A stretch of 35,313 nt of DNA from a virus (taxonomy: Duplodnaviria > Caudoviricetes): IMG/VR virus record IMGVR_UViG_3300032074_000021, positions 1-35,313 of that record; one strand, 5' to 3'. The notes under the pieces are model-generated. The model was not told the origin of the DNA. It saw nothing but the letters and a program-made list of their open reading frames with translations, and ran no database searches. This document shows, one piece after another, positions 34,716 through 35,313 of the stretch. Both the position numbers and the translations under genes were made by a program. Numbering within the stretch: position 1 is the stretch's first letter; the number at the start of each line of letters is the position of its first letter.

Positions 34716-34945
34716 GCGGACGTATCCGTAGCCGGCGTATCTGCTGGCCCAACCCCGATGCCACCTGCCTGGAGGGTGGCTGCGGGTACTGCAACAGCCG
34801 TCCCTTCCGGGAGCTGTCGACCATCCGCCGGTACGCCCAGCAGGCCGGGGTGCTACCCAACCGGGGCCAGGGCAGCAAGGGGGCGATGCAGGCCTACCAG
34901 GACGGGCTGGCCCACAACTTCTTCAACGCCGAGTGCCGATCCTGA
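34712..34945 (+). CDS. Hypothetical Cys-rich protein
   Basis: GTGA overlap; C...C..GGCGYC. Confidence 0.6.
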   Translation: MSGRIRSRRICWPNPDATCLEGGCGYCNSRPFRELSTIRRYAQQAGVLPNRGQGSKGAMQAYQDGLAHNFFNAECRS

Positions 34946-34958
34946 AAGGAGCACGACG

Positions 34959-35313
34959 ATGAGCATGAGCACGCAAGGAGGCAGCACGATGTACGAGCCG
35001 GTGAACTACGTGGACTACCCCTGGATCCAAGCCTGGGGACGTCTGCTGGGCTTCGGCGCTACCTGGATCAACGAGACCATCGAGGCAGCCCGGCAGGCCC
35101 AGGCCCCACCTGCTGCCATCTACCCGATCATCCGGGACACCACTCGCTGGGTGACCCTGGAGCAGGTGGTTGACCCCGCTACCCGTAGCTGGCTGATCGA
35201 GTACGCCGCTGACCAGCACCTATTCCTGCCGACCAAGATCCTGGCGCACTGGGCTGACCCAGGCTTCGTACCCTCAATGCGGGTCTATGACCATGTGGAC
35301 GATGCCCCTGCCT
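34959..35313 (+). CDS. Hypothetical protein, 3' truncated
   Basis: ATG 34959 (AAGGAG) or in-frame ATG 34989 (AAGGAGG); frame open to the window end; YPWIQAWGRLLG...AP.AAIY. Confidence 0.65.
   Translation, partial: MSMSTQGGSTMYEPVNYVDYPWIQAWGRLLGFGATWINETIEAARQAQAPPAAIYPIIRDTTRWVTLEQVVDPATRSWLIEYAADQHLFLPTKILAHWADPGFVPSMRVYDHVDDAPA

Overview
High-GC tailed-phage (or prophage) segment typical of an actinobacteriophage siphovirus. From about 29 kb leftwards on the minus strand is a near-continuous late operon, mostly with overlapping stop/start codons. In order it encodes an NlpC/P60 endolysin, HNH nuclease, terminase large subunit, a 930-aa fibre protein, a secreted DUF1996 protein, a membrane/holin cassette and the portal. 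Next come about 14 kb of unusual head-associated genes, including an XkdF-type maturation protease and scaffold. Capsid decoration, major capsid, head-tail connector genes and the start of the major tail gene follow. From 29.1 kb rightwards on the plus strand is a divergent cluster of small early-type genes. The most notable signal lies between portal and capsid. About ten proteins there are punctuated by a recurring hydrophobic-small-Lys motif (V/I/L/F-S/A/G-K) that would cut them into basic glycine-zipper modules or HPRxxxG[RK]F-tagged domains, suggesting a protease-matured, capsid-packaged cargo (polyprotein) system. The same block has an apparently split maturation protease and a canonical C CCA AAA -1 frameshift site. 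A family of promoter-proximal GC-rich hairpins lies at 27.5, 29.1 and 34.4 kb. All family calls come from motifs read by eye; no database searches were run.
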